Origin: Myxococcales bacterium
GTDB lineage: Bacteria > Myxococcota_A > Polyangia > Polyangiales > DASUME01
Reading direction: 5' to 3'
Length of the DNA stretch: 64,000 nucleotides
Assembly: GCA_047601445.1 (NCBI GenBank)
Contig: JASGJH010000001.1
Coordinates: forward strand, 5,408,001-5,472,000
Shown here: in pieces, positions 59,285 to 64,000 of the stretch
Layout: each line of letters starts with the position of its first letter
Position numbering within the stretch: the first letter of the stretch is position 1
Position numbers and translations under genes: made by a program
Notes under the pieces: model-generated
The model's input: only the letters and a program-made list of their open reading frames with translations
Told to the model about the DNA's origin: nothing
Database searches by the model: none

Positions 59285-59302
59285 CCCGCTACCTTACACC
59301 AA

Positions 59303-60103
59303 TCAGGTACCGAACAAGTCTTTCACGTCTCGGAAGGCCGTCTGGTCGGGGGGCCCGTCGGCGAACAGGTAGTGCCCGACGCTGTCAGGGGTGAGCGCCA
59401 CGATCGTGGAGGAGCGAGTGCCGTAGGCTGGCGTGCGGACGCACACAGCCGACAGAAGCTGCAGCGTGGGCCGATCGAAGGGCGCATCGGGGGGCAACTC
59501 GGGTAACACGGAGAGCGGGGCCGGCGTGCCGTCCGAGAGCAACCCGATCAAGCGCTGCGCGAGCTCATCCCAGGCCAAGCTCTCCATGTCCGTGAGCCCT
59601 GCGAGCACCTCTTTGGCGCGCCCGACCTTCCAGAAGTCCGACGAATCCAGGCGGTCATTGGGCAGCACGTGCACCCCGCGCGGCACCGGCTCCACCTCGA
59701 TCTCGCGCTGGTCGTCCCGACCGTACGCCGCGAACAAGTCGCCAGCGCGCCCGAACATCAAGTTGAAGCTGTTGAAGTCACGCCCGTCGAGGCCAGCCAG
59801 CAAACCACGGATCGCCCGCGCGTTCTCGCGTTCAAGCGCGTGCACCACGAGCTCACCACGTGAGCGCTTGCTCGGATCCGGTGCGCGCAGCGTGCGCTGG
59901 TTGGTGACGCCCACGAACAGGCCCTCGCGCGTGACCCCCATCCAGGTCCCAAGCGCCTTGAGGTCGCGACCACCCACGGTGACGGGCTGCTCCAAGATGC
60001 GCATCGGACCTGCGCTGGGACGAGCGAAGAACTCGTCGCGGTTGGTCGCGAGCACGAGCGGGAAATCCGAGCGCACGCCATGCAGCGCCACGATGGTGCA
60101 CAT
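59303..60103 (-). CDS. NRDE family (TANGO2-like) protein
   Basis: MCTI...LVLATNRDEFFARP, GRDLKALGTWMG, SRGELV, YGTRSSTIV. Confidence 0.93.
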   Translation of the reverse strand: MCTIVALHGVRSDFPLVLATNRDEFFARPSAGPMRILEQPVTVGGRDLKALGTWMGVTREGLFVGVTNQRTLRAPDPSKRSRGELVVHALERENARAIRGLLAGLDGRDFNSFNLMFGRAGDLFAAYGRDDQREIEVEPVPRGVHVLPNDRLDSSDFWKVGRAKEVLAGLTDMESLAWDELAQRLIGLLSDGTPAPLSVLPELPPDAPFDRPTLQLLSAVCVRTPAYGTRSSTIVALTPDSVGHYLFADGPPDQTAFRDVKDLFGT

Positions 60104-60121
60104 GGCTCGAGTGTAGGCGCG

Positions 60122-60757
60122 CTATTCGGTGCCTTCTACCCGGGCGCGCAGCTTGTAGAGCGTGTGGTAGGGCAAGTCGCGGGCGCCCAGCTTGGCCAGC
60201 CACTTGGGAATGCGACCACCGATGTCTGCCTCCACCTCGTAGAGCACCTTCACCTTGGCGGGCTCCACCTGCCACATCTTGAGTGAGCCCTGCATACGCG
60301 GCATGCGCACCACGTGCTCGGGCACGGCCCGCAGATCCGACTTCACGCCCACGAAGGTGATCGCGAGCGACTTCTTGTCCTCCGCCCAGGTGAGTGCAGT
60401 GTCGGCGATCACGTCGCGGTCCCACACCGGCCAGACGCCGCGAATGCGGTTGTACATGAGGGCGCGCGTGGGGCTCAGCTCCTTGAGCAAGGAGGACTCA
60501 CGGCACAGGTACATCCAGTCCGTGTGGTGCTTGTAGTCCATCACCGGTTTCAGCACGTCCTCGAGGGTCCCCTTGATGTGGGTCTGCCCGCGAAAGGCCG
60601 GCATGTCGCCGTCGAGCTCTTTCTTCCAGGTGTGGATCCCATCGTCTTCTTCGATGTACTCCCACTGGCTGGTGCCCGTGGCGAGCGCGGGGAACGCGAC
60701 CCCCAACAACAACAGCGCTGCGATGCCAAAGCGCGCCCAAGTCCGTGACGTCTTCAT
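60122..60757 (-). CDS. Secreted START-domain (lipid-binding) protein
   Basis: Signal peptide; WEYIEEDDGIHTW, WPVWDRD, VRMP, ADIGGRIPKWL. Confidence 0.85.
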   Translation of the reverse strand: MKTSRTWARFGIAALLLLGVAFPALATGTSQWEYIEEDDGIHTWKKELDGDMPAFRGQTHIKGTLEDVLKPVMDYKHHTDWMYLCRESSLLKELSPTRALMYNRIRGVWPVWDRDVIADTALTWAEDKKSLAITFVGVKSDLRAVPEHVVRMPRMQGSLKMWQVEPAKVKVLYEVEADIGGRIPKWLAKLGARDLPYHTLYKLRARVEGTE

Positions 60758-60907
60758 GGGCGGCAGACTGCGCTGGGAGGGCCTCGTCAGGCAACGGGGA
60801 CTGGGCTGACAAACCAGTACTTTCTTTGGCCACTGCAGCCCGAGTTGCCGTGATTCTGTAATTTTCCATGCCCTGACGGCGAACCGGGCCGTGGACCGGT
60901 CCCCTGC

Positions 60908-63900
60908 CTAGGCGCCCTGTTCTGAGGCCTGCGGGGCGCTGGCGACGGCCGCGGGTTCGCGCCTCGTCACTAGCAGGCGCAGCAGCACCGGCAGCACCAC
61001 CAGCGAGAGCACGGTGGAGGAGAGGATGCCGCCGATCACCACGGTGGCGAGCGGGCGCTGCACCTCGGCGCCGGCCCGGGTGGAGATGGCCATGGGGAAG
61101 AAGCCGATAGCCGCCACCAGCGCGGTGGTGATCACGGGCCGCAGCACCGACAGCGCACCCTCGAAGAGCGCCTGAGCCTGATCGGCCGAGAGCGCGAGAC
61201 GTCGCTTCACCTCGCTCGCCATCACCACGCCGTTGAGCACCGCCACACCGGCCACCGCGATGAAGCCCACCGCCGCCGGGATGGAGAACGGCAACTCGCG
61301 CACGAACAGCGAGAGCACGCCGCCGATCAACGCGAACGGAGCCCCCGCGAAGACCGCCGCCGCATAGCGCAGGCTGCCGAACATCAGGAACAACATGCCG
61401 AAGATCACACCGAGGGCCACGGGCACCACCAGGCCGAGCCGGGCGCTCGCACGCTCGAAGTTCTCGAACTGTCCGCCCCACACCAGGTGCATGTCCTTGG
61501 GCACGGCCAGCGCCGCCACCGCGGCCTTGGCATCGGCCACGTAGCTCACCAGATCGCGCCCGCGCACGTTGATCTCCACCACGACGCGACGCTCGAGCGC
61601 CTCGCGGTTGATCACGGCAGGCCCCTCGGCCTCCTTGATGTCGGCCACCAAGTTGAGCGGAATGGGATGCCCCTGCGCGCTGCCCACGGGCAGGCTCCCC
61701 AGCGCATCCGTCGAGCCATCGGGCGGAGGCATGCGCAGGCGCAGCTCGAAGCGACGTTGCCCCTCGAACACCAGGCCCGCGGGCCGGCCTACGCGCGCGG
61801 CCTCCACCACGTCGAGCACCTCCTCGGCGGTGATCCCGTAGCGCGCCAGGCGATCGCGGTCCGGTTTGACCTCGAGCAGCGGCAAGCCGAGCACGCGCTG
61901 CACGCGTAGGTCGCCCGTGCCGGGCACGTTCTTGATGGCACGTCCGATGCGGTCGGCGAAGGCCTTGAGGCGCACCAGATCGGGGCCGAATACCTTGATC
62001 ACCAGGTCGCCCTTGGAGCCGGCGAGCAGCTGATTCACACGATCTTCGATGGGCTGCGAGACCGCCACGAAGGTGGCCGGCACCTCGGCCTCCACCTTGA
62101 GCTTGATGGCTTCTCCGAGGCCGTCGAGATCATGGGCCGTGACCCACTCTTCCTTGGGTTTGAGCTTGACGCGCAGGTCGGACTCGTCGGGCCCGACCGG
62201 ATCGGTGGGCACCTCGGGGCGCCCCGTGCGCGAGACCACCGAGAGCACTTCGGGAAAACCCTTGAGCACCTGTTCCATTTGGGTGTTGAGCTGTTGCGCC
62301 GCGCCGATCGACACCGAGGGCAAGCGCCGTGTATCGATGGCCAGTTCGCCTTCTTCGAGGCGTGGCACGAACTCAGCGCCGAGCGAACCCGCGCACACGA
62401 AGGTGAGCACCAGCGCAGAGGTCGCGCCCGCCAAGGTGAGCTGCGGACGGGCCAGCACCAGCCCGAGCACGCGCCCGTAGACGCGACGCAACCAACCGAA
62501 GAAGCCGGCGTGCTCATCGTGGGCGTGCTTGGGAGACGCGAGTACGTAGGCCGCGAGCGCCGGGAAGGCCGTGAGCGAGAACGCGAGCGCGCCGAACAGG
62601 GCCAAGGCCACGGTGATCGCCATCGGACGGAACATGCGCCCCTCGACCCCCTCGAGCGCCATCAAGGGCAGGTACACCATCAGGATGATGGCGAGCGCGA
62701 AGGTCACCGGGCGGGCTGCGCGACGCATGGCTTCGGAGACCACCTGGGCGACGTCCTCGCGCTTCTGCACGTGCTTGATGGCGAGTGCGGCGAGCGTGGT
62801 CTCGAGCATGACGATGGCGCCGTCGACTAGCAGGCCGAAGTCGATGGCACCGAGCGACATCAAGTTTCCGGTGACCTTGAGGCGCACCATGCCGATCAAC
62901 GCGATGCCCATGGAGAGCGGGATCGCCAGCGCCGCGATCAGGGAGCCGCGAAAGCTCCCCAGGGTCAAGAACAGCACCACCACCACGAGCAGCGCGCCTT
63001 CGGCCAGGTTGATGGCCACGGTCTCGAGCATGCGCCCGATGAACTCGGCGCGATCGTAGAACGCGTGGATCTCTACTCCCTCGGGCAGCTCGTGCTGAAT
63101 CGCCTCCAGGCGCTGCTTCACCGAGGCCACCACCTCGCGCGAGTTGGCGCCGATCAACATCATCACGGTGCCGGTGACGATCTCGCCCTCGTCGAGCTTG
63201 GTCACCGTGCCGAAGCGCAGGGCCGGTCCGAGCTGCGCCGAGCCCAAATGCCGCAACAGCACGGGGGATCCGCGGCGATCCACGGTGACCACCGTCTTCT
63301 CGATATCCGAGAGGCTCTTGAACTGCGCGTCTCCGCGGATGGTGTAGCTCTCCTGGCCCTTCTCGATGTAGCCCGCGCCGAGCGCCAGGTTGTTGCGCTG
63401 CAGAGCCGAGAGCACCTGGCTCAGCGTGAGCTCGTGGGCCATCAAGCGCCCTGGGTCGAGCACCACCTGGTATTGCTTGGCCTCGCCCCCCATGGCGTTC
63501 ACTTCGATCACGCCGGGCACCGAGCGCAGCTTGTAAGCCACGACCCAGTCGAGCAGCGTGCGCAGCTCCATCGGCGTGTGGCGATCGGAGCTCAGGTAGA
63601 ACTCGTAGATCTGCCCGAGCCCCGTGGACACGGGCGCCAGCTCGGGGCGGCCGTAGACGTCGGGGATGTCGGCCTCGGCGAGCTTGAGACGCTCGGAGAT
63701 CAACTGGCGCGCGAACCACACGTCCGTCTCGTCGTCGAACACCACCGTGACCACCGAGACGCCGGTGCGGCTGATGGAGCGAATCTCGGTGACGTGGGGT
63801 ACGCCATTCACGGCCGCTTCCACGGGATAGGTCAGGTACTGCTCGACCTCGATGGGCGAGAGGCCCGCGCCCGAGGTGAGGATCTGCACCTGCGTGTTGG

Positions 63901-64000
63901 TCACGTCCGGGACGGCGTCCACCGAGAGCTTGCGCAGCGCGAACACGCTGGCGACGGCGACCAGGGCCCAAGCCACGAGCACCCCACCTCGGCGGCGCAC
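60908..64000 (-). CDS. czcA: CzcA/CusA family heavy-metal efflux RND transporter (5' end just outside the window)
   Basis: DAVPDVTNTQVQI, TGNLMSLGAIDFGLLVDGAIVM, GVEGRMFRPMA, GVAVLNGVVM, RPVITTA, GAEVQRPLATVVIGG. Confidence 0.93.
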   Translation of the reverse strand: MRRRGGVLVAWALVAVASVFALRKLSVDAVPDVTNTQVQILTSGAGLSPIEVEQYLTYPVEAAVNGVPHVTEIRSISRTGVSVVTVVFDDETDVWFARQLISERLKLAEADIPDVYGRPELAPVSTGLGQIYEFYLSSDRHTPMELRTLLDWVVAYKLRSVPGVIEVNAMGGEAKQYQVVLDPGRLMAHELTLSQVLSALQRNNLALGAGYIEKGQESYTIRGDAQFKSLSDIEKTVVTVDRRGSPVLLRHLGSAQLGPALRFGTVTKLDEGEIVTGTVMMLIGANSREVVASVKQRLEAIQHELPEGVEIHAFYDRAEFIGRMLETVAINLAEGALLVVVVLFLTLGSFRGSLIAALAIPLSMGIALIGMVRLKVTGNLMSLGAIDFGLLVDGAIVMLETTLAALAIKHVQKREDVAQVVSEAMRRAARPVTFALAIILMVYLPLMALEGVEGRMFRPMAITVALALFGALAFSLTAFPALAAYVLASPKHAHDEHAGFFGWLRRVYGRVLGLVLARPQLTLAGATSALVLTFVCAGSLGAEFVPRLEEGELAIDTRRLPSVSIGAAQQLNTQMEQVLKGFPEVLSVVSRTGRPEVPTDPVGPDESDLRVKLKPKEEWVTAHDLDGLGEAIKLKVEAEVPATFVAVSQPIEDRVNQLLAGSKGDLVIKVFGPDLVRLKAFADRIGRAIKNVPGTGDLRVQRVLGLPLLEVKPDRDRLARYGITAEEVLDVVEAARVGRPAGLVFEGQRRFELRLRMPPPDGSTDALGSLPVGSAQGHPIPLNLVADIKEAEGPAVINREALERRVVVEINVRGRDLVSYVADAKAAVAALAVPKDMHLVWGGQFENFERASARLGLVVPVALGVIFGMLFLMFGSLRYAAAVFAGAPFALIGGVLSLFVRELPFSIPAAVGFIAVAGVAVLNGVVMASEVKRRLALSADQAQALFEGALSVLRPVITTALVAAIGFFPMAISTRAGAEVQRPLATVVIGGILSSTVLSLVVLPVLLRLLVTRREPAAVASAPQASEQGA

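Overview
GC-rich bacterial chromosome segment. The gene content points to Myxococcota, probably Polyangia-like: three eukaryote-like Ser/Thr kinases, two FHA paralogues, Cys-rich lipoproteins with GDGD runs or a myxobacterial disulfide repeat, and a MYXO-CTERM-like tail. About 45 coding regions are supportable, mostly housekeeping or envelope genes (ychF, RlmL-like methyltransferase, ppa, speA, aspartokinase, argJ, TamA/TamB, CzcA/CusA RND, hybrid PAS kinase, Suv3-like helicase). No rRNA, tRNA, CRISPR array, integrase or transposase was recognised. Most notable: (1) two tandem, near-identical 63-aa double-glycine-leader peptide genes (48277-48727) with an amphipathic beta-type core. They have their own RBSs and a terminator, and lie between an ECF sigma factor with a C-terminal extension and a TIG-domain lipoprotein, with no transporter or modifying enzyme in view. 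(2) Two inverted copies of a ~242-bp element (35078-35750) whose ~166-nt core is conserved while each copy has its own 38-bp self-complementary arms. (3) Several REP-like repeat families just downstream of stop codons. (4) Two genes split by single frameshifts. All family calls come from motif recognition by eye, not database searches.
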